From positions 1 through 62,746 of the IMG/VR virus record IMGVR_UViG_3300044971_000798: DNA of 62,746 bases. The stretch is one strand, 5' to 3'. A program made the position numbers and the translations under genes. The notes beneath the pieces are model-generated. The model was given only the letters and a program-made list of their open reading frames with translations, was not told the DNA's origin and made no database searches. Source of the stretch: a virus. Lineage: Duplodnaviria; Caudoviricetes. Positions 8,810 through 18,376 of the stretch are shown piece by piece; position 1 is the stretch's first letter, and each line of letters begins with the position of its first letter.

Positions 8810-11138
8810 TCTCGAAGAAGCTACGCCCGACATCGAATTTGAGTTTTCGGAAGATACCTTGGAAATCGAGGTTCCCGAAGAAGTCGTGGAAGTCGACATG
8901 TCCTTTGGCGCCAACCTAGCCCTGGCTATGGAAGACCCCATCCTACTGGACATCGGCTCGGCCCGCCAAGACGCCCTTCAAAACATCAAGAACTCCCGCC
9001 AGCAGTGGGAAGAGAAGATCAAGCAGGGCATCAGGTGGCTGGGCCTGAACACCGACGGCGAAGGCAACAGTGACGTCGAGGGCGCCTGCACGGCGGTCCA
9101 CCCCCTGCTGATCGAGAACGTGGTAAAGTTCCAAGCCAAGGCCATCCAAGAACTATGGCCCGCGCGTGGTCCCGTCCGCACCAAAGTCCGGGGCTACGTC
9201 GACACCACCCGTGAGCAGGTAGCTCAGCGCGTTCGCACTTACATGAACTATCAGCTTACCGAACAGGTGCCCGGCTTCTACTCAGACCTTGAACGCAACC
9301 TGTTCCGCGTGGGTTTCATGGGCATCGGCATCCGCAAGGCTGGCTGGAACGGCACCACGACCACGCCCGACCCTACCATCATCTACGCCGAAAACTTCTA
9401 CGTCGATCCGTCCGTCTCTCACCTGAAAGACGCCGAAGAATATATCGAAGTCATGGAATTGTCCACCCGCAAGATGGACAATCTGATCTTGGCCGGAACC
9501 TTCCGCGACATTTCCGAAAATGATTCCGAGGAAGTCCTCGACACCAACGAAATCACGGAAGCCATTGCCAATGCCCAGGGCTTTGACATGTCCCTTGAAC
9601 GTAAGGGCTTTACGGTAGGTGAGTCCCACTGCTACCTCGACTTGAACGGCGACGACCCTCTGCTGCCCGAAGGCGGCATGGCGCCCTACATCGTTCACTT
9701 CAATGTCAAGACTGGCAACGTCTACTCGATCCGCCGCAACTGGCGCGAAGACGACGACGCCATGGTCAAGCGCCAGTGGTACACCATCGACCAATTCATT
9801 CCGGCCTTTGGCATCTATTCGCTGGGCTACGTCCACCTGATCGGTGATCTGGCCGCTGCCTCCAGTGCCGCCCTGCGCGCCCTAGTCGACTCAGGTCAAT
9901 ACGCCAACTGGACGGCGGGCTTCAAATCCCAAGATGCCAAGTTCTCCGACTCCGACTCTCCTCTCGGCTTTGGCGAGTTCCGCGACGTAAACCTCGCGCC
10001 CGAAGAACTCCAAAAAGCCTTCTTGCCGCTTCCCTCCAAAGAACCCAACCAGACGCTCTTCTCGCTTCTGAAATTCATGGTGGAATCGGGTCAGAAGTTC
10101 GCTGACTCCGCCGATGAGGTCGTGGCCAACAGCACAAACTACGGCCCGGCTGCAACTACCCTAGCTTTGCTTGAAGCTTCTCAGCGGTTCTATTCCTCCA
10201 TCCACAAGCGCCTTCACCAGTCGCAGGGCGAATTCCTCAAGCTGATTGGGGAACTAAACTACGAGAACCTGCCGGACACCGTCAACTTTGTGGTGGGCGC
10301 CGAAAACCAATACGTTCAGCGCACCGACTTTGATCCGCAGATTGTTGACGTTATTCCCGCGTCGGACCCTAACGCCCTGACCGAATCACAACGTGTGGCC
10401 AAGGCGCAGATCGAATTGAACGTGGCCCAGCAGTTCCCCCAATTCCACGACATGCGCGAAGCTTTACGCCGTTACTACGTGGCGCTAGGCACCGAGTCCG
10501 TCGACAAGCTACTGACCAACCCGGAAGCCGAAGCTAAGAGCGCCGACCCCCTGACCGAAATCCAATTGGCTATGTCGGGCAAACCCATCAAGGCCCAGCT
10601 AGGTCAGAACCACGCGGCCCACATCGCCGTTAAGACCGCCTTCCTGCAAGCCCCGCAAATGCAGGGCGCCAACGACCCAACCATTGCTTTGGGCCAACAG
10701 GTGCTGTCAGCTAACATTGCCGAACACAAGGTCCTGATGTTCGTGGCCCAGGCTATGCAGTTGGCCCAGCAGATGGGTATGCCCATCCAAGACGAAAACG
10801 TCCAAGCCCAAATTGCTACCCAGCTTGTGCAAATCTCGGCGGCCAGCAATCCGCAGCAGCAGCAGGCCAGCATCGAACAACAGACGCTCCAGCTACAGGC
10901 GCAAGAGCTTCAGATGGCGGGCGAACGTATCCAATCCCAAGATACCCGCGAGGCAGCCAAGATTGCCCTTAAGCAACGCGAGCTTGACCTAAAAGAAACG
11001 TCTATGCTGCTCGACGCCCAAGAGAAGCAGAAAAGGAATCAAATCACAGCTTCTGGTAAAATACTTGACAACTCAGCTAAACTAGCGGATATTCAAGCCA
11101 AACAGCTTGCCGAAAGGGCAAATAATCCTATTCAATGA
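8799..11138 (+). CDS. Portal protein
   Basis: 779 aa after terL; HPLLIENVVKFQA, SSIHKRLH, DVIPASDPN; Gln-rich helical C-terminal barrel. Confidence 0.9.
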   Translation: MSDNLEEATPDIEFEFSEDTLEIEVPEEVVEVDMSFGANLALAMEDPILLDIGSARQDALQNIKNSRQQWEEKIKQGIRWLGLNTDGEGNSDVEGACTAVHPLLIENVVKFQAKAIQELWPARGPVRTKVRGYVDTTREQVAQRVRTYMNYQLTEQVPGFYSDLERNLFRVGFMGIGIRKAGWNGTTTTPDPTIIYAENFYVDPSVSHLKDAEEYIEVMELSTRKMDNLILAGTFRDISENDSEEVLDTNEITEAIANAQGFDMSLERKGFTVGESHCYLDLNGDDPLLPEGGMAPYIVHFNVKTGNVYSIRRNWREDDDAMVKRQWYTIDQFIPAFGIYSLGYVHLIGDLAAASSAALRALVDSGQYANWTAGFKSQDAKFSDSDSPLGFGEFRDVNLAPEELQKAFLPLPSKEPNQTLFSLLKFMVESGQKFADSADEVVANSTNYGPAATTLALLEASQRFYSSIHKRLHQSQGEFLKLIGELNYENLPDTVNFVVGAENQYVQRTDFDPQIVDVIPASDPNALTESQRVAKAQIELNVAQQFPQFHDMREALRRYYVALGTESVDKLLTNPEAEAKSADPLTEIQLAMSGKPIKAQLGQNHAAHIAVKTAFLQAPQMQGANDPTIALGQQVLSANIAEHKVLMFVAQAMQLAQQMGMPIQDENVQAQIATQLVQISAASNPQQQQASIEQQTLQLQAQELQMAGERIQSQDTREAAKIALKQRELDLKETSMLLDAQEKQKRNQITASGKILDNSAKLADIQAKQLAERANNPIQ

Positions 11139-11326
11139 CGTTACTATCAGATTACGTAGCAGAAGTACAGAAGCGAATAGAACGCGAAAAAGAGTCACTA
11201 GCTAGGGGGTCTGCGACCTCCTACGACGAATACGCTCGTAAGTGCGGCGTTATCAGCGGCATGGGTCTTGCCCTGGAAATCCTAAAAGACCTTTTTCAAT
11301 CAACACCTTCAGAGGAAAGGGACTGA
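11135..11326 (+). CDS. Small conserved protein between portal and GroES
   Basis: 63 aa; LARGSATSYDEYARKCGVISG; overlapping stop/start on both sides. Confidence 0.75.
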   Translation: MTLLSDYVAEVQKRIEREKESLARGSATSYDEYARKCGVISGMGLALEILKDLFQSTPSEERD

Positions 11327-11742
11327 TGATTACTGCCCGCTCGGCTCTTGACGGGGCCATTACCAACGACCAGTGGGTCACACAGGACGAAATTCCTGAT
11401 CCGACTCCACTGCCTAGGATTCCTGGCGTAGGGATTCTTGTCCGGCCTGTGCCTATCCGGCGCAAGACTGCGGGCGGGGTCCTACTTCCTGACACGTTTC
11501 GTGAGGATCGGGAATACCTGAACACTGTGGGTCGCGTCCTTTCATTGGGCGAACTCGCATTCGTGGACGAAGATATATACCGGAAAGGCCCATGGGTCAA
11601 GCCCGGTGATTATATCGTTTACGCAAAATTCGCAGGCCAGAAGATTTGGTGGAAGGGCGTGAAGCTCCTCTTGGTCAAGGCTTCTAGCATCGAGTTGGTC
11701 GTAGACAAACCCGAATACCTAGACGCAAACTTCAAGGAATAA
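11326..11742 (+). CDS. groES: Co-chaperonin GroES (Cpn10)-like
   Basis: ILVRP...KTAGGVLLPD...GRVLSLG...VKPGDYIVYAKFAG; TGATG coupling at 11324-11328. Confidence 0.88.
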   Translation: MITARSALDGAITNDQWVTQDEIPDPTPLPRIPGVGILVRPVPIRRKTAGGVLLPDTFREDREYLNTVGRVLSLGELAFVDEDIYRKGPWVKPGDYIVYAKFAGQKIWWKGVKLLLVKASSIELVVDKPEYLDANFKE

Positions 11743-11745
11743 ATC

Positions 11746-12747
11746 ATGTCCGAATCCGGCTATCGAGAAATCGACCTCGACAATCCAGGCAAAGCGCCAA
11801 ACGCTTCAGAAGAATCCGACATTGAAATCGTGGAAGAATCTTCTGTTGCGCCACCTCCAGAAGCTGATCCGGTGCCCGAACCGGAACCCGCAGCCGCTTC
11901 CAAGTCCTCCGAAGATTCTGACGATGACGACAGTTCGACATCCGACGACTCCCCTTCTGATCGAAAGCGCCTAACCCGTAGCCAGCGCCTCAAGAACCAA
12001 CGGGACCTTTATGCCAGACAACTAACTGAAGCGCAAGCCCGCCTAGCTCAATTAGAAACCCGCGCCCAACGGGCTGAAGCTGAAGCTAGTGAGGGCGCCG
12101 CCATTGGCTACGACCTCTACATTAAGCAACTCGACACCTCGATGCAAGCCTTGCGCCGGGATTTCGACTCAGCTTACGACGCTGGCGACCGCGACAAAAT
12201 CTTTGAAATCCAACAGCAAATCGCCACCATCACGGCAACCAAAGCTCAGGCTGAAAAGGATAGGCGGTCGATCCCTACGCGGCAGGCACCTACTGGACAG
12301 GAAGCCCCGCAGCCGACCCAGCAGACACCGCCTGCACCAGCTAGACGTACCCCCAGCCCGGCTGCTATCGAGTGGTATGACCGCAACAAGGACTGGTTCA
12401 ACAAGGATGCGGTGATGACGGCCAGTGCCCGAGTCATTGACCAGCAAATGGTTCGCGACGGTTTCGCGCCCACCGACCCCGACTACTTCGAGGAACTGGA
12501 CAAGCGGCTTCAGAGGGAGTTCCCCCAGAAATTGGGGCGCCCCGTCGGTCGTCCGCCTGCCAACAACCCCACCATCCAGAACAGGTCTGCCCCCGCCCCA
12601 GCCCCCGGCAAAGTTCGCGTAACCATTACGCAGGCCGACCGGGAAATGGCCAACCACCTCGGCATTAGCGTGGAACAGTACGCCCGCGAGAAAGCCAAGA
12701 CGGAACGTGCCATGCAGACCACCAGCCAGTACACGGAGATTCTGTAA
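11746..12747 (+). CDS. Capsid scaffolding protein
   Basis: Acidic N-terminus, coiled coil, [10 protein letters not shown]-terminal [10 protein letters not shown]; upstream of the capsid genes. Confidence 0.7.
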   Translation: MSESGYREIDLDNPGKAPNASEESDIEIVEESSVAPPPEADPVPEPEPAAASKSSEDSDDDDSSTSDDSPSDRKRLTRSQRLKNQRDLYARQLTEAQARLAQLETRAQRAEAEASEGAAIGYDLYIKQLDTSMQALRRDFDSAYDAGDRDKIFEIQQQIATITATKAQAEKDRRSIPTRQAPTGQEAPQPTQQTPPAPARRTPSPAAIEWYDRNKDWFNKDAVMTASARVIDQQMVRDGFAPTDPDYFEELDKRLQREFPQKLGRPVGRPPANNPTIQNRSAPAPAPGKVRVTITQADREMANHLGISVEQYAREKAKTERAMQTTSQYTEIL

Positions 12748-13238
12748 TGAAAACCAAACTGATTGCTACCCCTAGCAACGCCATCGACGAAGCACTTGAA
12801 AATTCTCTGGAAACAGAGTATAATCCTCCTAATGCGCTAGAAATCCCCCCAATGCCTGACAGTGACGCATTCATCTATAGGTGGATTCGTTTCCGGGTAG
12901 GGGACCAAGATGATTTCAACAACATCTCTCAGCGTATGCGAGAAGGGTGGGCATTCGTTCCAATCGGGGAAGTTCCCGACGGTTACGTTTTCCCTGGACT
13001 CGAAAGTAAGATTTCTGCTTTGGCAGGCGCGGCTATTAACGGCGACCTAGTCTTCGCTAAGCTGCCTCGACGGAAAGCGGAAGCCATCCAGAAATGGTCT
13101 GAAGATCGGGCCATTCAAGCAGAGCAGGCTTTCGATCTGAAGACAATCAGCTACGACGACAATATGGGCCGGGCACAACGCTTTGCCAATGAAGGTTCAA
13201 AACGCTTTTCCAGAGGGCGACGTCCCTCGTTTGGATAA
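12747..13238 (+). CDS. Conserved head-region protein
   Basis: YRWIR...[11 protein letters not shown]...GDLVFAKLP; operon position. Confidence 0.7.
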   Translation: MKTKLIATPSNAIDEALENSLETEYNPPNALEIPPMPDSDAFIYRWIRFRVGDQDDFNNISQRMREGWAFVPIGEVPDGYVFPGLESKISALAGAAINGDLVFAKLPRRKAEAIQKWSEDRAIQAEQAFDLKTISYDDNMGRAQRFANEGSKRFSRGRRPSFG

Positions 13239-13259
13239 CACACAGAAGGAGGATAAAAG

Positions 13260-13850
13260 GTGCCCCAATCTTTCGCACCCTTCGGTCTTCGCGCTGTGGC
13301 TGCCCTCGGCACCCATGGTAACGAACTCCGCGCTTATCCGCTTCCCAACGGCGCTAACTGCCCGGACCTCGGTAAGGGTTCTCCGGTCAAGCTGTCGGGT
13401 GGCGTAATTGTTTCGGCTGGTACTGGTGGTGGCCCCCTGTTGGGTGTTGCTGCTGGTTTCGCGTGGATCGATCCGACCACGAAGCAGCCTCAACTCAAGA
13501 ACTCAATCCCCGCAGATACGTCTTCGGCTGGCCTGTACAACGGTTCCGACCGTCCGACGGCCTATGTCGTTGACAATCCCAACGCGCTCTTCATTGTGCA
13601 GGCTGACGCTTCCGTTACGGCGGGCGACCTCGGCTTGAACTTTGACGTGACCGCGTCTGGCGGCGATGTCAGTTCGGTGTACGGCACATCCCAGTATACG
13701 CTGGATGCGTCCACCCGTACCTCCGCTATTGGCACTGCGCTGAAGCTTGTGGGTTTGGCCAACATTCCCGACAACAACTGGGGCGATCCGTTCCCGATTG
13801 TGGTCGTGAAGCTGAACGGTCCGATCCTCCAGCAAGTTTCTGCGGCATAA
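13260..13850 (+). CDS. Capsid decoration/cement protein
   Basis: APFGLR...AYVVDNPNALFIVQAD; GTG start with SD AAGGAGG; immediately before the major capsid gene. Confidence 0.7.
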   Translation: MPQSFAPFGLRAVAALGTHGNELRAYPLPNGANCPDLGKGSPVKLSGGVIVSAGTGGGPLLGVAAGFAWIDPTTKQPQLKNSIPADTSSAGLYNGSDRPTAYVVDNPNALFIVQADASVTAGDLGLNFDVTASGGDVSSVYGTSQYTLDASTRTSAIGTALKLVGLANIPDNNWGDPFPIVVVKLNGPILQQVSAA

Positions 13851-13866
13851 TAGGGGGGACTAGACA

Positions 13867-14781
13867 ATGACTATTTTGACTCGCGCACAATTTGCGAAGC
13901 AGCTTGTTCCCGGCCTTAACGCCATCTTCGGCACTGCCTATAAGAGCATCGACAACGAACACACTCCGCTGTTCGACATCGAGAAGTCTGATCGGTCGTT
14001 CGAAGAAGAAGTGTTGATGACGGGCTTTGGTACGGCCCCGGTCAAGGACGAAGGCGATCAGGTGTTCTTCGACACCGCCTCCGAAGCTTGGACGAGCCGC
14101 TTTACCCACGAAACCGTTGCCATGGCTTTCGCCATCACCGAAGAAGCTATCGAGGACAACCTCTATGGCACGACGGGCAAGATGAAGGCGAATGCGATGG
14201 GCCGCGCGATGGCGAATGCCAAGCAGGTGAAGGCTGCTAACGTCTTCAACAACGGCTTCTCCACTAGCTCCCTCTACGCTGGTGGCGATGGTAAGCCTCT
14301 CTTCGCTACCGACCACCCCACGCTGGCGGCTGGTACGCAGTCCAACAAGGTTAGCTCGGACCTGTCCGAAACTGCCCTTGAGTCGGCCCTGATCAACATC
14401 TCGTTGACCAAGGATGACCGTGGCCTGCTGATCGGCGCCCGCGCCGTGAGCCTGCACATTCCTCCGCAGCTTCAGTTCGTTGCCCACCGTATTCTCTTCT
14501 CTGACCTGCGCGTCGGTACGGCTGACAACGACACGAACGCCATGAAGGACATGGGCCTGTTCTCGAAGGGCTACACCGTCAACCACCGCTTCACGGACAC
14601 GAACGGCTGGTTCATTCGCACTGACGTGCCGAATGGTACCAAGATGTTCATCCGTGCGCCGCTGGCCACCAAGGACGACGTGGACTTCCTGACGGGCAAC
14701 ATGCGCTACAAGGCCCGCGAGCGTTACAGCTTCGGCTGGTCTGACTGGCGTCAGTGGTACGGCTCCTCTGGTTCAACCTAA
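13867..14781 (+). CDS. Major capsid protein
   Basis: RAQFAKQLVPGLNAIFG, SDRSFEEEV, ITEEAIEDNLY, YKARERYSFGWSDWR. Confidence 0.92.
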   Translation: MTILTRAQFAKQLVPGLNAIFGTAYKSIDNEHTPLFDIEKSDRSFEEEVLMTGFGTAPVKDEGDQVFFDTASEAWTSRFTHETVAMAFAITEEAIEDNLYGTTGKMKANAMGRAMANAKQVKAANVFNNGFSTSSLYAGGDGKPLFATDHPTLAAGTQSNKVSSDLSETALESALINISLTKDDRGLLIGARAVSLHIPPQLQFVAHRILFSDLRVGTADNDTNAMKDMGLFSKGYTVNHRFTDTNGWFIRTDVPNGTKMFIRAPLATKDDVDFLTGNMRYKARERYSFGWSDWRQWYGSSGST

Positions 14782-14786
14782 TGGTT

Positions 14787-14804
14787 TGGGGGCTTCGGCC
14801 CCCA
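14787..14804 (+). terminator. Hairpin after the major capsid gene (weak terminator or stabiliser)
   Basis: TGGGGGC-TTCG-GCCCCCA with a C(UUCG)G loop; poor U-tract. Confidence 0.55.
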
Positions 14805-14829
14805 TTCCCTCATCCTTAAGGAGAATCAG

Positions 14830-15273
14830 ATGACTACTTTTAGCTACCCTGTCAACATCGCCAATCACGAACCCGCTTCCGGTTCCGTTGTCGATTTGAC
14901 GCAAGCCCGCGTTCCTGGCCGTTACTCCGTAGTAGTAAACACTGCCAAGTCAGGCACGGCGGTTGGTGCGACCACCATCCCGTTGTTCGTGGCTCCGGCT
15001 GGCTCTAACTTCTACGAATGTGTTCTTGACATTACGACCGCCTACGATAACCTTGACACCAAGATTACCGTCGGCACCTCGGCCAACCCTGCTACCCTGT
15101 TCGCAGCTACGTCCGTGAACACCGCAGGTCGCCGCGATTACGCTGGCACTGCCGCCCAAGTTTCCACCAACAGCATTGCGCTGGCGGCGGATACCACGGT
15201 CCAGGCCATCGTGTCTATTGCTACTTCGACTGTGGCGGCGGGTTCCGTCATTGTCCACGTTGTGATCGGCTAA
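14830..15273 (+). CDS. Virion structural protein
   Basis: 147 aa, beta-rich and Thr/Ala-rich; SD AAGGAG; follows the capsid gene. Confidence 0.65.
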   Translation: MTTFSYPVNIANHEPASGSVVDLTQARVPGRYSVVVNTAKSGTAVGATTIPLFVAPAGSNFYECVLDITTAYDNLDTKITVGTSANPATLFAATSVNTAGRRDYAGTAAQVSTNSIALAADTTVQAIVSIATSTVAAGSVIVHVVIG

Positions 15274-15280
15274 CAAGTTC

Positions 15281-15321
15281 GGCAGGCTCCTCCTTTTGGC
15301 GGGGTCTGCCTTACTTGCTTT
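15281..15321 (+). terminator. Probable intrinsic terminator
   Basis: GGCAGGCTCC...GGGGTCTGCC stem followed by ttacttgcttt. Confidence 0.5.
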
Positions 15322-15332
15322 AGGAGCTTTCC

Positions 15333-15647
15333 ATGCCCGGCATTAAAACTATCCGCGTCGTCCCCTTCCAAGTCAGCACATCTGCGACTACGACGAGCGA
15401 CCCTATCGACCTTGACTACCGCTTTGACGGTTCGCCCGCCCGGTGCTTCTGGGTCCAGAAGAGCGCCGCCGCAGGCCCCTCCATTTTCTTGGAAGCCGCA
15501 CCCTTCGAAACTGGCCCGTGGATTCCGTTTGCTGAAGTCACTGCCGCAGTTACCACGACCCTTGTGCAAGTGATCTTCGACGTTCCCTACGTCCGCAGTT
15601 CCTATGCTGGTGGCGGTCCGCTCGTAACTATTTACGGAGTCGTCTGA
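15333..15647 (+). CDS. Virion structural protein
   Basis: 104 aa, beta-rich; SD AGGAG. Confidence 0.6.
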   Translation: MPGIKTIRVVPFQVSTSATTTSDPIDLDYRFDGSPARCFWVQKSAAAGPSIFLEAAPFETGPWIPFAEVTAAVTTTLVQVIFDVPYVRSSYAGGGPLVTIYGVV

Positions 15648-15659
15648 GGAGTCGCGCCA

Positions 15660-16325
15660 ATGGCAACCAGCGGCGTAGCCTCCTTCGACCCCACCTTTGA
15701 CGAGATACTTCAGGATGCTGCTGCCATGGTAGGCGGCGGTCCCCTTCTTGCTGACGAACTGATTAGCGCCCGGCGCGGCCTCGATTACATGTTGACGGCC
15801 ATCCAAAACCAGAACGTCCTTCTCCACAAAATCGAAACCACGACCGTGCCTGTCACAACTTCCGAGGGCACTGTAACTTTTGGTCCTAGCATTTCCGACG
15901 TGCTTTCTGCCAGCACCCGTACCAGCACCACTGACATTCTGATGGACCGCGACGGCTACGAACGCTGGGCGGAAATCCCCACCAAATCCCAGACCGGGCG
16001 CCCCACTCGTTACTGGTGGGATCGGCGCCGCACTTCCAACATCCTGAACTTGTGGCCGTTGCCCGACCAATCCTACACCATCGTACTGACAATCCAAAAG
16101 AATACCGAAGACACACTGCGCGCCTTCGATAACATTGACGTGCCCCGGCGCTTCCTTCCCGCCGTCACCTATGGCCTTGCCTACTGGATCGGCTTGCGGC
16201 GCGGCACCCGCGTGGACCAGAACCGCCTTGTCCTTTTGAAGGCCGAGTACGAAGCCCAACTGAAAGAAGCAATGCGTGAAGACCGCGAGCGCGGCCCCTT
16301 CTTGGTTAGGATCGGGAGGCGGTAA
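15660..16325 (+). CDS. Head-tail adaptor/tail tubular protein
   Basis: MATSG...SARRGLD...IPTKSQTGRPTRYW...LWPLPD...DVPRRFLPAVTYGLAY. Confidence 0.8.
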   Translation: MATSGVASFDPTFDEILQDAAAMVGGGPLLADELISARRGLDYMLTAIQNQNVLLHKIETTTVPVTTSEGTVTFGPSISDVLSASTRTSTTDILMDRDGYERWAEIPTKSQTGRPTRYWWDRRRTSNILNLWPLPDQSYTIVLTIQKNTEDTLRAFDNIDVPRRFLPAVTYGLAYWIGLRRGTRVDQNRLVLLKAEYEAQLKEAMREDRERGPFLVRIGRR

Positions 16326-16978
16326 TGGGCTACACCTACAGCACACTGATAGCCGACATTCAAGCCAACATGGAAGAGGACTCGGCTGAGTTCGTCTCTG
16401 CCCTGCCCGCGATTGTCGAGCGCGCCCAAAGCTACCTCCAACGCCGCCTTGACCCCATCAATACGTTTCGCTTTACCGAAGTATCGGTCAGCGCCTCCAC
16501 TCGTACCCTGTCGCTGCCCGCCGACCTGCTAGTCCTGAAATCAATTCAAGTGTGTGCGACGGGTGGCTGGACTAATCTGCTTGAGCAGAACAACGAATTC
16601 CTCACAGCCTACTGGCCGGACTATACTTCTTGCGCGCCCACCAAATACTATGCGCCCAAGGACAACGCCACCATCTTCTTAGCGCCGACACCCCCGGCCG
16701 ACACCACGGCCCTTATCGAATACATTCCACAGGTTACTATCCTTAGCTCCGCTAACCCAACCAATTACTTCTCGGAGCGGGCGGACTCGGCTTTCTTCGC
16801 AGCCGCGATGATGTACGCCAATGCCTGGACCAAGAACGCAAACGCCGTCCAAATCTGGAAGGGGCTGGCCGACGAAGAACTGGCGGTCCTGAACATCGAA
16901 TACACCCGCGCCCGGCGTTCCGACTCTTCCAATCGCAACCTAGGCTCACCAGAAAACACGCTGGCAGGGCAGCCCTAA
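16325..16978 (+). CDS. Second neck/adaptor protein
   Basis: TYSTLIADIQ...LPADLL...PTKYYA...LAPTP...TNYFSE. Confidence 0.75.
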   Translation: MGYTYSTLIADIQANMEEDSAEFVSALPAIVERAQSYLQRRLDPINTFRFTEVSVSASTRTLSLPADLLVLKSIQVCATGGWTNLLEQNNEFLTAYWPDYTSCAPTKYYAPKDNATIFLAPTPPADTTALIEYIPQVTILSSANPTNYFSERADSAFFAAAMMYANAWTKNANAVQIWKGLADEELAVLNIEYTRARRSDSSNRNLGSPENTLAGQP

Positions 16979-17196
16979 TGTCAGTCCTAGATATGTGGTC
17001 GGTCTGTGACCGATGCGGATTCGACTACAAACGCCGGGACCTTCGCAAAGAAACCACCAACTTCGTTGTCTGTATGGCTTGCTACGACGGACGCTTCGAC
17101 AGGAAAAGTCACCCGCAGAACTACTCGGCTAAACCCCGGCGCGAACTTAAGCCAGTTCCCGACGCCCGGCCAGACCAAACCAACTATGGTTCCTGA
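16978..17196 (+). CDS. CxxC-CxxC small protein, paralogue 1
   Basis: CDRCG...CMACYD...HPQN. Confidence 0.75.
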   Translation: MSVLDMWSVCDRCGFDYKRRDLRKETTNFVVCMACYDGRFDRKSHPQNYSAKPRRELKPVPDARPDQTNYGS

Positions 17197-17198
17197 TC

Positions 17199-17510
17199 AT
17201 GCGTATGGATGTATGGTCGCTTTGTGATAGGTGCGGACAAAAGTACTACAGGCGGCAGATGCGCCGCGAGTCCACCAAACTGGTGGTGTGTTCGTCCTGC
17301 TTCGACGGCGCCTACGATCTTAAGCGCCACCCGCAGAACAAGCCGCCCCGGCCCCGTCTAGAATCCAAGAAGGTTCCTGATGGGCGCCCGCTACAAAATC
17401 TAGATGCGTACCTCGCCAAAGAAGATATGGGGTTCTTGCTGACCGAAGACAACAATTACATACTCGTGACGCCCGTTCAATGGAATCCGTCCATGAGTTC
17501 GCCGGAATAA
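17199..17510 (+). CDS. CxxC-CxxC small protein, paralogue 2, with LxxED extension
   Basis: CDRCG...CSSCFD...HPQN; YLAKEDMGFLLTEDNNYIL. Confidence 0.75.
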   Translation: MRMDVWSLCDRCGQKYYRRQMRRESTKLVVCSSCFDGAYDLKRHPQNKPPRPRLESKKVPDGRPLQNLDAYLAKEDMGFLLTEDNNYILVTPVQWNPSMSSPE

Positions 17511-17514
17511 AGCC

Positions 17515-17775
17515 ATGGAACTTTCTGCTATGTGGAAATTCATTTCAGATGTTCTGTTGCCGTTAGCTCTAGCGTACGCTGCCTATTTGCACAAGGAATT
17601 GAAGACCATGGAACAGCGAATTGAAAAGCTACACGACCAGCACCATCAGCATGTAGCTCAGGTCAACAAGGACTTTGCAACGCGCGAGGTAGTGAGCGAT
17701 CTTGAAAATAAGCTAACAATTGTGTTAAATAGTATCGACGATAAAGTAACACGAATCCTTCAGGAGCGCAAGTAA
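17515..17775 (+). CDS. Small membrane-anchored coiled-coil protein
   Basis: N-terminal hydrophobic segment followed by heptad repeats. Confidence 0.65.
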   Translation: MELSAMWKFISDVLLPLALAYAAYLHKELKTMEQRIEKLHDQHHQHVAQVNKDFATREVVSDLENKLTIVLNSIDDKVTRILQERK

Positions 17776-18374
17776 TGCCCTCTACATACGATCCACTCTT
17801 AAGGCTTGAGCTTCAGGCGACTGGCGAAAACGCCACCACCTGGGGCACCAAGACCAACAACAACCTAGACCTGATTGCCACCGCAATCGCAGGCACAGCT
17901 ATTGTCAGCGTCTCTTCTGGCGACACGACCCTTTCGACTGCCAACGCGGCAACCGACCAAGCCCGCGCAGGCATCCTCCTAGTCCAAGGCACCCTGACTG
18001 GTAACGCCAATATCATCGTGCCCTCCTCACCCAAAACCTACGCAATCGTTCGCCAAACCACTGGCTCTTTCGACATCATCGTCAAGAACGCCGGAACGGG
18101 CGCGACCCTCCCACCAAGCGGCAATGAAATTATCATTTGCACTTCCGCTACTTGCGTCGGTCTTATCGGCGGCTTGACAGCCAACGTCTCTACCCTTCAG
18201 GTCCAAGTGAACGCAGTCTCCGCCGCCTTGACGTCTGCCAACAACGTGGTGTCTGCCTTGGAAGTCCGGGTCAGTAGCGTATCGGCTCAGACCTCCTCCC
18301 TGCAAGTACAACTTAACGCCGTGTCTGCTCTAGTCAGCGCCGTCAACGCCTTGAACATTCGTATCATCGAGTAA
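17775..18374 (+). CDS. Tail protein (fibre-type N-terminal anchor, coiled-coil C-terminus)
   Basis: LRLELQATGENATTWGTKTNNNL; C-terminus shares repeats with 3163-5010. Confidence 0.75.
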   Translation: MPSTYDPLLRLELQATGENATTWGTKTNNNLDLIATAIAGTAIVSVSSGDTTLSTANAATDQARAGILLVQGTLTGNANIIVPSSPKTYAIVRQTTGSFDIIVKNAGTGATLPPSGNEIIICTSATCVGLIGGLTANVSTLQVQVNAVSAALTSANNVVSALEVRVSSVSAQTSSLQVQLNAVSALVSAVNALNIRIIE

Positions 18375-18376
18375 CC

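Noticed and set aside
13726-16346. Long antisense ORFs (13726-14586, 15270-16346 and similar elsewhere)
   Set aside because: They are shadows of GC3-biased real genes, with no motifs or ribosome-binding sites.
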